Positions 28,649 through 38,873 are shown, counted from the first letter of the stretch. The stretch: DNA of 64,000 nt from Candidatus Helarchaeota archaeon (GCA_019058315.1 JAHPZH010000001.1:535536-599535), one strand, 5' to 3'. Made by a program: numbers and translations. The notes: generated by a model not told the origin, from the letters alone.

Positions 28649-30156
28649 ATTTAACAGAAGAACTTTTTAAAAATTCATATAAATTAGATAAGATAGCGTT
28701 TTTTCATAGAGATGAGACTATCTCCTATCCCGATTTATATGGTAAAATATGTGCTGTCATAGAAGAACTTAGAAATCAAGGGTGTAAGAAAGGAGATAAA
28801 ATAGCAATATTTGCAAATAATTCAATATTCACAGTTATTGCATATTTTGGGATTATTGGAAATGGTAATGTTGCAATTCCTCTTTATCCGAGAATCTCAG
28901 AAGAGCATTTGAATTATATTATTAAGGGTTGCAAAGTAAAAACGCTCTTCATTCAAACTAAACTTCTAAAACGCTTTAAAGAGCGATGTAAAACTAAGAT
29001 GGAAAATTACTTTTTTGATGTTGAAAGTGAATCTGGAATAAATATCAGTACTTTACCAAAAAAGAAAACAAAATTTCCAGAAATTGAAGAAAAAAAGGAA
29101 ACCGCAGTAATAGTATTTACATCAGGGTCAACTGGAGTTCCCAAAGGTGTAATGGTATCTCATCATAACATTAATTATAATGCAGATTCAATAATAGAGT
29201 ATTTAAAACTCACAGATAAGGATAGATTTATGGAAGTATTACCTTTTTCTTATTGTTATGGAACATCATGGCTCCATACACATATGAAAGTGGGTGGACA
29301 ATTAGTTATTAATAATCGTTTTATGTTTCCAGGTAAGGTGTTAGACGAAATTAATGAAAAAGAATGTACGGGTTTTGGGGGAGTACCTGCACATTTTCAA
29401 ATTTTATTGAGAAGATCAAATATACATAAAAGAAAATTTCCTTCTTTGAGGTTTATTGCTCAAGCAGGGGGTAAATTGGCAGTTCCTTTTATTAAAGAAT
29501 TAATGGAACTATTTCCAGATAAACAAATTTTTATTATGTATGGTCAAACAGAAGCAACTGCTCGGTTATCTTATTTACCACCTCAATTATTAGAAAAAAA
29601 ATTAGGATCAATAGGTAAGGGTATTCCTGGAGTCAATCTTGAAGTTTTAAAAAAAGATGGAACTCCAATAAAACCTGGTGAAGTTGGTGAAATTTTGGCA
29701 GAAGGTGGTAATATCATGCAAGGGTATTGGAATGATCCCGAAGGAACAAAAAAAACTCTTAAAAATGGGAAGTTATGTACAGGAGATCTTGCAACGATTG
29801 ATGAGGAAGGCTTTCTATTTCTAGTTGATCGAGAAAAAAATATAATTAAGAGTGGTGGCTATCGAGTTTCACCTCAAGAAATTGAAAATGTAATCTTTCA
29901 AATTCCAAATGTTATTGAAGCGGCAGTCATTGGAGTGCCAGACGAAATTTTAGGCGAAGCAATTAAAGCGTTTGTTGTAACTGTTAAAGACGCTAAAGGT
30001 TTAATAGATAAAGATTATATTATAAAATATTGCAGAAAGCAATTACCATCTCATAAAATCCCAAGATATGTGGAATTTATAAAAAATCTACCAAAGAGTA
30101 GTTCAAATAAAGTTATGTATGAAGTTTTAAAGAAACAAGAAAGGGAGAAAAAATGA
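28645..30156 (+). CDS. AMP-dependent (ANL) acyl-CoA/acyl-ACP ligase, WbeL-like
   Basis: FTSGSTGVPKGV, AQAGG, MYGQTEATARL, TGDL, DREKNIIKSGGYRVSP, LPKSSSNK; ATGA overlap with the ACP gene. Confidence 0.92.
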   Translation: MNLTEELFKNSYKLDKIAFFHRDETISYPDLYGKICAVIEELRNQGCKKGDKIAIFANNSIFTVIAYFGIIGNGNVAIPLYPRISEEHLNYIIKGCKVKTLFIQTKLLKRFKERCKTKMENYFFDVESESGINISTLPKKKTKFPEIEEKKETAVIVFTSGSTGVPKGVMVSHHNINYNADSIIEYLKLTDKDRFMEVLPFSYCYGTSWLHTHMKVGGQLVINNRFMFPGKVLDEINEKECTGFGGVPAHFQILLRRSNIHKRKFPSLRFIAQAGGKLAVPFIKELMELFPDKQIFIMYGQTEATARLSYLPPQLLEKKLGSIGKGIPGVNLEVLKKDGTPIKPGEVGEILAEGGNIMQGYWNDPEGTKKTLKNGKLCTGDLATIDEEGFLFLVDREKNIIKSGGYRVSPQEIENVIFQIPNVIEAAVIGVPDEILGEAIKAFVVTVKDAKGLIDKDYIIKYCRKQLPSHKIPRYVEFIKNLPKSSSNKVMYEVLKKQEREKK

Positions 30157-31232
30157 TAAAAAAGAATATAATGATCCCACATATTTACTATGTAAATGAA
30201 CTTTTTATGGGAAAAGGAGCTCTTTCAACTTTAAAAAATATAGAAGAAGATAAATTTTTAATTTTCGTTTCAAAAACGGTAAAGGGTTTGGAAAATTATC
30301 AAAAAATAGAGAAATATTTGGATGGAAAAACTTATACTGAAGAAATTATTGAAGATTGTTATGAAAAAAGGATATTGGAACTTAGAGATAAGTATAAAGA
30401 TTATAATCTTGACATACTTGTAGCTATAGGAGGAGGTAAAGTTATAGATTCTGCAAAAATTGTGAAATTTCTAATAGAAAATCCTGCTCATGATTTGGAA
30501 ACCCTTAAAAAAGAATATTTTAATTATAATAAAAAAATTAAACTTGTTGCTGTCCCAACAACACCTTCTACTGGTTCAGAATCTAATTCTACTGCTTTGA
30601 CAAAAACAGAACAAAATGAAAAAATTGCATATATAAATCGTTCTTTCATCCCGGATATGGCAATTTTAGACTATGCATTTTTGGAATCGATTCCATTGGA
30701 TAAACTTATTCCGATGACTGGGGATATTTTTGGGCATTCTTTTGAAGCTTTTTTCTCCAAGTTAAGTAAACAACTAATTATCATATATGCAAAATCGAGT
30801 ATGAACTTTTTAAAAAAAGGTATTCTGGGACTTAAAAAGAATAAAGAAGATAAAAAAAGTCTTGAAAGTATTATGGTGGCAGGACATGTCGGAGGAATAG
30901 CTGCAGGTAATGCATTTGTAGGTGCTTGTCATGCCCTTGCTCACGCTGCAGAAATAAAGATTAACAAAGGACATAGCAGTCTTATTATGAACCTAATAAA
31001 ACCAACCCTTACTTGGCATCAGAAAAAAACAGAAAATCCAGATTATGAACAATTTATAACCGCTTATAATGAGATTGGTTATGATGAATATTTAGAACCA
31101 AGAATTTTTGATACTCTTGATAATGACTGGTGGGCAGAAACAGCTCTTAAAGATCCAGCTGTTAAAACCAATCCTATCAGAATGAAATTGGAATCCATGC
31201 TGGAGTTGGTTAAATGGATCAAGACCAAATAA
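30153..31232 (+). CDS. Iron-containing alcohol dehydrogenase, WbeM-like
   Basis: AIGGGKVIDSAK, VPTTPSTGSE, DIFGHSFE, CHALAH, GH metal ligands; ATGA overlap. Confidence 0.9.
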   Translation: MIKKNIMIPHIYYVNELFMGKGALSTLKNIEEDKFLIFVSKTVKGLENYQKIEKYLDGKTYTEEIIEDCYEKRILELRDKYKDYNLDILVAIGGGKVIDSAKIVKFLIENPAHDLETLKKEYFNYNKKIKLVAVPTTPSTGSESNSTALTKTEQNEKIAYINRSFIPDMAILDYAFLESIPLDKLIPMTGDIFGHSFEAFFSKLSKQLIIIYAKSSMNFLKKGILGLKKNKEDKKSLESIMVAGHVGGIAAGNAFVGACHALAHAAEIKINKGHSSLIMNLIKPTLTWHQKKTENPDYEQFITAYNEIGYDEYLEPRIFDTLDNDWWAETALKDPAVKTNPIRMKLESMLELVKWIKTK

Positions 31233-32329
31233 TAAAAGATATTATAACAGCTGACCAATATAATCTTGCTCAAAAAGAGAAAGAAGCTAAATTACTGCCA
31301 ATTTTTAAAGAACAAATATTAAAACAAATTGAGAGTCTAGATAATTTAAAATCTTTTTATAAAAAATTTAATGTAAGTATTGATAATGTAAATTCATTAA
31401 ATGAGTTACCACCTATTCCAGTAAATATGTTTAAAAAATTTGATTTGAGAACATGTAAAAAGGAAGATACCTTAAGGATTTTACATTCCAGTTCCACAAC
31501 AACCGGAATTCCAAGTAAAATTTATATTGATAAAAAAACTGCTTTTCGTCAGACTCGTTCATTCCTCTCTACAATTAAGAATTTTATTGGAAAAGAAAGA
31601 AGACCATTATTAATTATTGATACGGAAGAAGTCGATAAGGCTGGATCTGACACATTAACCGCAAGAGGTGCTGCAATTCGTGCAATTGCTAACTTTGCAA
31701 CTAAAAAAGTCTATGTAATGGATTTGGAAAATGGAGATCTTGAAATAAATTTTGATAGACTCAAAAATTTTTGTGATAATTTCGAAGGACAAGACATAAT
31801 AGTCTATGGTTTTACTTATATCATCTGGAGTCGATTTTATAAAATTTTAAAAGAAAAAAATCTTCAGTTAAATTTCCCAAATATTAAAATTCTTCATAGT
31901 GGTGGTTGGAAAAAATTAATTGAACAACAAGTTGATAAAGAAACATTCAATTCTGAAATCGCTAGCATTTTTAATACAAGTCCAAAAAATGTCATTGATT
32001 ATTATGGAATGGTTGAACAAGTAGGGGTTGTTTTTGTTGATTGCGAGGAAGGCTGGAAACATGTTCCTGATTTTGCTGAGGTTATAATAAGAGATTTCTA
32101 TACCATGAATGAAAATGAACCAAAAAAACCTGGGCTAATCGAAGTTATGAGTATATTACCAACAAGCTATCCAGGACAAGCTTTATTAACGGAAGATGTT
32201 GGTGAAATTATTGGCATAGATGATTGTGCATGCGGAAGAAAAGGGAAATATTTTACTTTTAGATCTAGAGTCCGAAAAGCAGAATTAAGAGGATGTGGAG
32301 ATACTTTTGCTGAAAGGAGGGGAGATTAA
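31214..32329 (+). CDS. luxE: LuxE-like acyl-protein synthetase
   Basis: LPPIPVNMFK, HSSSTTTGIPSKI, HSGGWKK, DYYGMVEQ, SYPGQALLTEDVG, terminal ELRGC (acylated Cys). Confidence 0.88.
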   Translation: MDQDQIIKDIITADQYNLAQKEKEAKLLPIFKEQILKQIESLDNLKSFYKKFNVSIDNVNSLNELPPIPVNMFKKFDLRTCKKEDTLRILHSSSTTTGIPSKIYIDKKTAFRQTRSFLSTIKNFIGKERRPLLIIDTEEVDKAGSDTLTARGAAIRAIANFATKKVYVMDLENGDLEINFDRLKNFCDNFEGQDIIVYGFTYIIWSRFYKILKEKNLQLNFPNIKILHSGGWKKLIEQQVDKETFNSEIASIFNTSPKNVIDYYGMVEQVGVVFVDCEEGWKHVPDFAEVIIRDFYTMNENEPKKPGLIEVMSILPTSYPGQALLTEDVGEIIGIDDCACGRKGKYFTFRSRVRKAELRGCGDTFAERRGD

Positions 32330-32340
32330 TTATTCAAGTC

Positions 32341-33627
32341 TTGTTCTTTAAAAATAAAATATACAAATTAAATGAAAAAAATGTTAGTGATTTAAAAGAA
32401 ATTAGGTCTGAAATTGAAAAGAGCAGGGAAATTTTTAAAAATATCACTACTGAAAAAATTATTGACCTTTTTCACCAATTTGGTAGAGAATTACTCCATA
32501 ATAAGGAATTTATATCATTCGAAGGGGTTCCATTTCTCTCTAATTGGCTTAGGAAAGGTAATATTGAAAAAATTGTACTTAAGAATTTAGGTTCTTTTGA
32601 AGTTCTAAAAGATTTCATTGGTGAAGGGCGGAAAAAGGTAAAGGCTCAACCGAGGGGTGTTATTTGCCAGTGGATTGCTGGAAATGTCCCTACTCTGGGA
32701 TTTTTCTCATTAATTCAGTCTATTTTAGTTGGAAATTCAAATATAGTTAAAATCCCACCTGCAAGTCAATTTATTTTTCTTGAATTAATTAAACTATTTA
32801 GAAAAACTGAAATAGAAGGACTAAAAGGGTCTGATATTTTAAAAACAGTAGCAGTTATTGATTTTTTACCCTCAGATACAAAATCCAACTTAAATTTTTC
32901 ATTAAGTGCTGATGCAAGAGTAATCTGGGGGGGTCAAGAAGCAGTAGATGCTATTTCAAAAACAACAAAAATGACTCATTGTGAAGATATTGTTTTTGGT
33001 CCAAAGTATTCTTTTGGTATAGTGGATAAAAAAGCACAAGAATCTGAAGAGCTTTCTAAATTAATCCGTCGATTCGTTAATGATATTATAATTTTTGATC
33101 AAGGCGCATGTTCATCACCACAGGTTATCTTTTTTGAAAAAGGAGATCTTAGTTTAGAATCAATTGGGCAATTATTCGAAGAAGAATTTAAATTAGCATC
33201 CGAACGCTTCCCAAAAAATGGAATAGATCAGTTTATAGCGTCAAAAATAATTAATATCAGAGCAGAATATGCTCTTTCTCCAGAAAAGAAAATGCTTGCT
33301 TCCAAAGAGAATGATTGGACAATATTAATGGATAATAATATCAGATTAGAAGAACCTGTCCAATCACGGACTATTTTTTTAAAACAAGTAGAATCTGTCA
33401 TGGATTGTGTTAATTTAATTACTCCAAGAATTCAAACTATCGGCACAGCCATTTATGATAGAAATAAATTATTAGAATTTACTGATGCTGTGACATATAA
33501 AGGGGTGGCAAGATGCGTTTTACCAGGTCAAATGAATTTTTATGATTCTCCGTGGGATGGGATTTATTTCTTAAACCGATTAGTAAGATGGGTAACTTTA
33601 TATATGCCGGCAGATGAAAAACTTTAA
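32341..33627 (+). CDS. luxC: LuxC-like acyl-CoA/acyl-protein reductase
   Basis: PRGVICQWIAGNVP, IWGGQEAV, FGPKYS, FDQGACSSPQ (catalytic Cys), PWDGIYFLNRLVRW. Confidence 0.9.
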   Translation: MFFKNKIYKLNEKNVSDLKEIRSEIEKSREIFKNITTEKIIDLFHQFGRELLHNKEFISFEGVPFLSNWLRKGNIEKIVLKNLGSFEVLKDFIGEGRKKVKAQPRGVICQWIAGNVPTLGFFSLIQSILVGNSNIVKIPPASQFIFLELIKLFRKTEIEGLKGSDILKTVAVIDFLPSDTKSNLNFSLSADARVIWGGQEAVDAISKTTKMTHCEDIVFGPKYSFGIVDKKAQESEELSKLIRRFVNDIIIFDQGACSSPQVIFFEKGDLSLESIGQLFEEEFKLASERFPKNGIDQFIASKIINIRAEYALSPEKKMLASKENDWTILMDNNIRLEEPVQSRTIFLKQVESVMDCVNLITPRIQTIGTAIYDRNKLLEFTDAVTYKGVARCVLPGQMNFYDSPWDGIYFLNRLVRWVTLYMPADEKL

Positions 33628-33647
33628 AATAAATAAGAGTTTGAATT

Positions 33648-34466
33648 ATGTCATCTTCTATATCTATCGGAAATCATTGGAAAATTGTTCTTTATAGCAC
33701 ATTATTTAACTTTTTATTTGAATACGCAGTTCGTGGTTTTGATAACACATTGGAAATTCCCATACTGCTTTTTGGAATTATAGGTATATATTTCACCTAT
33801 TTTATCTTATTAGAAGATCTGATTGTAAGGTTTAGACTTAAGGATTATGAGCTCTTTTTGATCGCATTTTTTTACTGCCTTATCGGGATGGTGCTTAATT
33901 CAGGTTATATTTTTTGGGAACCAGGTCCATTCCAACCAAATTACTTAATTTTTGGAGTTAATTATTTGGTAATTATTTTTGTATGTATCTTTTGGTGGTC
34001 TGAATTTCAAACTGTACTTACTTTTTACTTTGCAAATAGAATTTCACCAAGAGATTGGGATCAACCATTTCTTGGTAGAAAAGGATGGATATTAACCTTA
34101 TTTCTAAATGCTCTATTTCTATCATTATTTTTTTTAAGTGGAAAGATAGTTTACGGGAGAATAGAAGGTTATATTTCAATGTTTATTATGTGGGTTGTAT
34201 TTGGAATTATTTGTTATATAATGTTAAAGAAGAAAGATCGAAATGAACCATTAAAATTTGAATCTTCGAAAATTCTTGATATTATTATGATATCTACTAT
34301 TATTTTATCGATTTTTAATGCTATTTTTCTTATTAAGGACCCTGTTATTATTGGAGCATCTCATGTAAATAGTCTTGCATTAAGAATTACAATACTTTGG
34401 TCCTTATTGCTAGGTATTTTTGTAATTTTTTATCGTATTTTATCAAAAAAACCAATTTCGGTATGA
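33648..34466 (+). CDS. Integral membrane protein (~8 TM)
   Basis: Hydrophobic throughout; 20 bp after luxC on the same strand. Confidence 0.7.
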   Translation: MSSSISIGNHWKIVLYSTLFNFLFEYAVRGFDNTLEIPILLFGIIGIYFTYFILLEDLIVRFRLKDYELFLIAFFYCLIGMVLNSGYIFWEPGPFQPNYLIFGVNYLVIIFVCIFWWSEFQTVLTFYFANRISPRDWDQPFLGRKGWILTLFLNALFLSLFFLSGKIVYGRIEGYISMFIMWVVFGIICYIMLKKKDRNEPLKFESSKILDIIMISTIILSIFNAIFLIKDPVIIGASHVNSLALRITILWSLLLGIFVIFYRILSKKPISV

Positions 34467-34488
34467 TAAAACCGCTACTTCTATCTAA

Positions 34489-35319
34489 TTAGGTTTTGAG
34501 ACGCCTAAAATAGTCCAATATAGATAGATTATCTATATCACCTGATAAGCATACAATTGTTTCATCCTCTCCCTTCTTGTAAAATTTTGAAAATGCCTCT
34601 TTTAAGGATAAAATCATAAAATTCTTTTTTGCGTTTATACTTTTAATAAGTCCCTCTAATATTTTGATATATTTTATTTGACCCATTCTAATTGGATGCA
34701 GATCATAGACCAAGACACCAGTTTTACCAAAATCCAAGGCTTCTACAAAGCGTCTTAAAATCTCATTATTATTATTTAGTTTAAGATTATCAATAAGAAC
34801 ATCATCTGATACACCAATTAAAGGAAGTGTAGTAACTCCAGATTTATGTTTAATGGGATGTGGAGGTTCCTTCCAAGGTGGTTTTTGAATATTTATTGAA
34901 GAATCATAATTTATGCCTAATTTCTTTTCATATTCGAAAAATAAATCAGAATTCTTTTCAATTTGAGTTATTCCATAAGGTGCCCTAAAAATCCAAGGTT
35001 TTTGATTTAATTTTTGAAAAATTGAAATAGCATCTTTCATATCTTTAAAAGCTGCTTTTCTTCCAATCAGAGAATAATCCGGATGTAAATGTCCATGTGG
35101 ACCATAGTCATGATTACCAAAATGTGAGAAAAAGTTAGCTTGATTTTCAATTAAATAAGTTGAGATAAAATAAGTAAATTTTACATCATGTTTTTCAAAA
35201 ATTTTATTCATTCTTGATATTAAATTAACCATATTCTCAGAAAATAAACTCAAATAATTGGAAATTTTCTTTATTAATACAGGAATTTTATTTCTATAAG
35301 TTAAAATTCTTCTAAACAA
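34489..35319 (-). CDS. Polysaccharide deacetylase (NodB/CE4-like), apparently circularly permuted
   Basis: HGHLHPDY, FRAPY, YDSS and DLHP. The (S/T)xD(I/V)D-type motif (LSGDID) lies at the C-terminus rather than the N-terminus. Confidence 0.75.
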   Translation of the reverse strand: MFRRILTYRNKIPVLIKKISNYLSLFSENMVNLISRMNKIFEKHDVKFTYFISTYLIENQANFFSHFGNHDYGPHGHLHPDYSLIGRKAAFKDMKDAISIFQKLNQKPWIFRAPYGITQIEKNSDLFFEYEKKLGINYDSSINIQKPPWKEPPHPIKHKSGVTTLPLIGVSDDVLIDNLKLNNNNEILRRFVEALDFGKTGVLVYDLHPIRMGQIKYIKILEGLIKSINAKKNFMILSLKEAFSKFYKKGEDETIVCLSGDIDNLSILDYFRRLKT

Positions 35320-35481
35320 AGAATTATCACGCTCTAATTATAATCATAAAAAATTGAAAATTATTAAATCTTATTTTATTGAGTTTTACATATTGCCTAA
35401 AAATAAAGATAATTTAGACTCTTATTTAATTTGAATATAGGTAAATATAGTAATTTTTATAATATTTTTATGTGTCTTGGA

Positions 35482-37101
35482 ATGGAAAGTTTAAAATACT
35501 TAAAATTTGAACCAAGGGAGTATCAAACTATAGCTGTAGAGAAAGCTATAAATGAAATGGAAAATGGGAAAAGACTTTTATTAATTTTGCTTCCAACGGG
35601 GATGGGAAAAACTAAAGTGGGGGAACTGATAGTTTCAGAATATATATTAAAAGGAAAATTAAAAAAGCAAGATAAAATTTTATTTTTGGCTCCTGATAGA
35701 AAAATGAAACATCAACTTTATGAAGTTGCTAATCAAGATGGCCTTTCACACTTTGGAAATCTATTTATATTTCCTGAAGGAACAACTATTCCTCCAAAAA
35801 TAATTAGAAATCACTTTAAATTATCAAAATTTATTTTCTCTACGCCAGAACTTTTATTCAATGCCGTTTTTCCAAGAAATCCGCGCATGAGGAAGGTAAA
35901 CCTTGAAGATATGAAAAAGATTAAGCTGGTTATAATTGATGAGATTTTGGAAGTCCTCGCACAAAAATTTGGAAAAGAGAGGTTTCGAGTAAATTTAAGA
36001 TTTAGACCGCTCCTTGAAATATTGGGTGTATTCGATTCTAACTCAATGAATGTGTTTGTAGGATTAACTGCTACAATAAGCCAATATAAAAAACGAAAGA
36101 TATTGATTGAATTATTTGGAGGAAATGAAAAGGCTGCTGAGATAACTCCTACCCAAACTGATGACTTTAAAGAATATGCACCTGCAATTATTGTAAAAAA
36201 ATTTTATGCATTTGATGATTTCGTAAAAGGTGTTGATGTCTTATTCATGAGTCTGAATTCTAAATGTTTAAATATTTTACAACAAGCCCATAGGATTCTA
36301 ACCGGAGCACCTTTAGAAAGCGACCGCACCTTATTATTTGCTAATGAAATGTTAAAAAAACAAGATGTTGTAAAAGAACATTTTGAAAAACGAAAGCGAG
36401 GAGAGTTATTTGAAAAAGCAAGAGGCTATGCTGGAGCATATTTAGATCTAGTAGTTGCTAGGCAAATGCTATTCGAACATGGTCTGCCTACGTTATATAG
36501 ATTTATCCATTCAGTTAAGAATTCAATACTTCTTAAATCTGATGAATGGAATGACATTATTCAGCAATTACAAATCAGATGGGAAAGTCCTGAGGGCATA
36601 ATCACTAAAAAAGAAGAAAGATTAATAGAACTACTAAAGCGGAAAGTCGTTGAGGAGAAAAAACGTGGGATTGTATTTTGCAGATTTGTTCAAATGACTA
36701 AGAACCTTTATCGCCTTGCTGAAGCTGCAAATATTAAATCAACTTTTATTCACGGTCAAATGGATGGAATGAGCCAAAATAACCGAATTAATCAATTCAA
36801 AAAAGGTGAAGTGGACGTTTTATTTGCGTCAAAAAAATTGATTGAACGTGGAACGGATATTCCCCAAGCAGATTTTGCGATACATTTTGGAACTACAATG
36901 TCTGCTGAACGAAGGGAGCAGAGTATGGGGAGAATTAGATCTACCATGAAAAATTTAAAAGAAGATATTACTATTCTTTACCATGAAACCGCAGAACAAG
37001 CTAAATTTTCAAAAATGATAGAAGACTTCATGGAGAATGTGGAAAAAGTTAAGGTCGAAGGATGGACTATTTTTAAAGATGGAGATATCTCAGAAAAATA
37101 A
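35482..37101 (+). CDS. SF2 helicase, Hef/FANCM-like, divergent
   Basis: EPREYQ, LPTGMGKT, STPE, IIDEIL, GLTAT, IVFC, FKKGEVDVL, ERGTDIP, EQSMGR. Confidence 0.78.
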   Translation: MESLKYLKFEPREYQTIAVEKAINEMENGKRLLLILLPTGMGKTKVGELIVSEYILKGKLKKQDKILFLAPDRKMKHQLYEVANQDGLSHFGNLFIFPEGTTIPPKIIRNHFKLSKFIFSTPELLFNAVFPRNPRMRKVNLEDMKKIKLVIIDEILEVLAQKFGKERFRVNLRFRPLLEILGVFDSNSMNVFVGLTATISQYKKRKILIELFGGNEKAAEITPTQTDDFKEYAPAIIVKKFYAFDDFVKGVDVLFMSLNSKCLNILQQAHRILTGAPLESDRTLLFANEMLKKQDVVKEHFEKRKRGELFEKARGYAGAYLDLVVARQMLFEHGLPTLYRFIHSVKNSILLKSDEWNDIIQQLQIRWESPEGIITKKEERLIELLKRKVVEEKKRGIVFCRFVQMTKNLYRLAEAANIKSTFIHGQMDGMSQNNRINQFKKGEVDVLFASKKLIERGTDIPQADFAIHFGTTMSAERREQSMGRIRSTMKNLKEDITILYHETAEQAKFSKMIEDFMENVEKVKVEGWTIFKDGDISEK

Positions 37102-37827
37102 TTAAGGCACTTTTTTGATATATGCTTCTTTTTCTTCTCTTGTAAATATTTTAAATGTCTTTTCATCAGTGCTAATCACTCCAACATCAGTATGATCTGG
37201 AGCAAATTCTTTAGAAATTACCTTCTTTAGGGCTGATAGAGCAAGGATTATGGTCTCTTCGATGCTCATTTTTTCTTTATATTCCTTTTCTAAAAACTCT
37301 CTAGCTGTTGGAGCACCTGAACCTATGGCTTGTGCACGATATTTATTAAAAGCACCCGATGGTGCAGTCATATATAATTCTGCTTTAGAATTAACACCAA
37401 CTCCTGCAATAAGCATGGCGATCCCAAAAGGTCTTACTCCTGCATTCATAGTATATATTTGTTTTAAATTACAAACTTGCCTTACAAGCATTTTAATATC
37501 TATCGGCTCATCATAACTAAGACGATTAACTTGAGCTTGCACCCTTGCGTGTTCTATTAAAACTTGAGCGTCTGCAGTTAAGCCCGCTATTACACAACCA
37601 ATATGTTTATCAATTTTGAAGATTTTTTCAACCTTCTCAGAAATTTGTAATGGTTTTAATCTCTTCTCCGCAACAAGAGCTGCCCCTTCTGCCGATTGAA
37701 CTCCAATTGCTATAGTTCCTTGCTTTATCGCTTCTGAGGCATATTCTACTTGAAATAAACGACCTTCGGGTGAAAAAATCGTAATAGCTTGATCATAAGA
37801 GGCTTCATGTGGTTGCAATTTCTTCAA
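37102..37827 (-). CDS. psmA: Proteasome alpha subunit
   Basis: YDQAITIFSPEGRLFQVEYA signature; GVRPFG; AIGSG. Confidence 0.95.
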   Translation of the reverse strand: MKKLQPHEASYDQAITIFSPEGRLFQVEYASEAIKQGTIAIGVQSAEGAALVAEKRLKPLQISEKVEKIFKIDKHIGCVIAGLTADAQVLIEHARVQAQVNRLSYDEPIDIKMLVRQVCNLKQIYTMNAGVRPFGIAMLIAGVGVNSKAELYMTAPSGAFNKYRAQAIGSGAPTAREFLEKEYKEKMSIEETIILALSALKKVISKEFAPDHTDVGVISTDEKTFKIFTREEKEAYIKKVP

Positions 37828-37958
37828 TTCTCCAATTTTTTCTATTCTTATTTATTTTAAATTTTTAAATAATTCTTTTTAAGATTATTACAGAATAATC
37901 CAAATAAAAATTCGCTTATGAATTTTACATTATATCAATTCTAAGAAGCTTAAACAAA

Positions 37959-38495
37959 ATGGAGCCATCCTCTAAAAATCTTGAATTCTGGTTAAAACAG
38001 CTTGAAGATTCAGATCTTGATAAAAAAATGCAAGCTCTTGAACAATTAATTGAATTGAGAAATCCTGAAATCATGGATATCCTAATCGAAGTTGCGGAAA
38101 TAGAAAAAAATGAAACTCTTCGTATAAAAGCAATTCAAGCTCTTGGTAAATTAGATGTTTCTGACCCAACTGATATATTTAATGTTCTTAAAAAATTGCT
38201 AATTGGAGAAAATCCAAAAATAAGAAAAGCAGTTCTTCGAACTATAGTTGATTTAGGAGATATTAGTGCAATTAAATATCTAACAAAATATTATTATTCT
38301 GATCATAGTGTTGGGATAAAACCAGATGTTAGTAAAGCTCTGGAAGACCTTTCAAAAGTTTTAGACGAAATTAAAAAGGATAAAAAAGTAAAAAAATCAA
38401 ATATGACAACTATACAGAAAAAATTGCCTATAAAATCGACCAATAAAGAAAATGATATCGATTATCAAAAATATATTAAAAAATTTTTTGACTAA
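37959..38495 (+). CDS. HEAT repeat protein
   Basis: LRIKAIQALGKL, IRKAVLRTIVDLGD. Confidence 0.78.
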   Translation: MEPSSKNLEFWLKQLEDSDLDKKMQALEQLIELRNPEIMDILIEVAEIEKNETLRIKAIQALGKLDVSDPTDIFNVLKKLLIGENPKIRKAVLRTIVDLGDISAIKYLTKYYYSDHSVGIKPDVSKALEDLSKVLDEIKKDKKVKKSNMTTIQKKLPIKSTNKENDIDYQKYIKKFFD

Positions 38496-38525
38496 TTGAT
38501 TATAAAACAATTTTAAAGTGGTTAG

Positions 38526-38873
38526 ATGGAATTAATTTTAAAAATGAATAATTTTAAATTTCCTTTTAATAGCAAAGCATTCCAAATTCTTGCTACAATA
38601 GTTCCAGATTCGGAATTAAGTGAAAATGAAGAACTCGTATTTGTTTTGCGTGCATATTCTGCTGGAACTGGACAAAAACTAAATATTGAAAAAATTATTC
38701 AATCTGAAGAAAATCCGGATTATTTGAATGCCCTTTTGAATAGGGGTGATTCTGAGGCAACAAGAGACCCAATGGGAAGGAAATGGGCCGGAATTAACAA
38801 ATTCAATGCCTGGCTACAAGATCATGGATTGCCTATAAGAATTATTCCAAATAAACTTTATTTAGAGACTTAA
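38526..38873 (+). CDS. Hypothetical protein
   Basis: 115-aa ORF following the HEAT gene on the same strand; no motif. Confidence 0.6.
   Translation: MELILKMNNFKFPFNSKAFQILATIVPDSELSENEELVFVLRAYSAGTGQKLNIEKIIQSEENPDYLNALLNRGDSEATRDPMGRKWAGINKFNAWLQDHGLPIRIIPNKLYLET

Noticed and set aside
31214-33627. Bioluminescence (lux) operon
   Set aside because: No luxA/B luciferase, luxD or luxG in the window; the neighbours (ACP, ligase, Fe-ADH, acyltransferase) fit a wbe-like biosynthetic cluster.
25668-37101. One Hef gene broken by an insertion
   Set aside because: The nuclease precedes the helicase, opposite to Hef domain order, and both have their own starts and stops.
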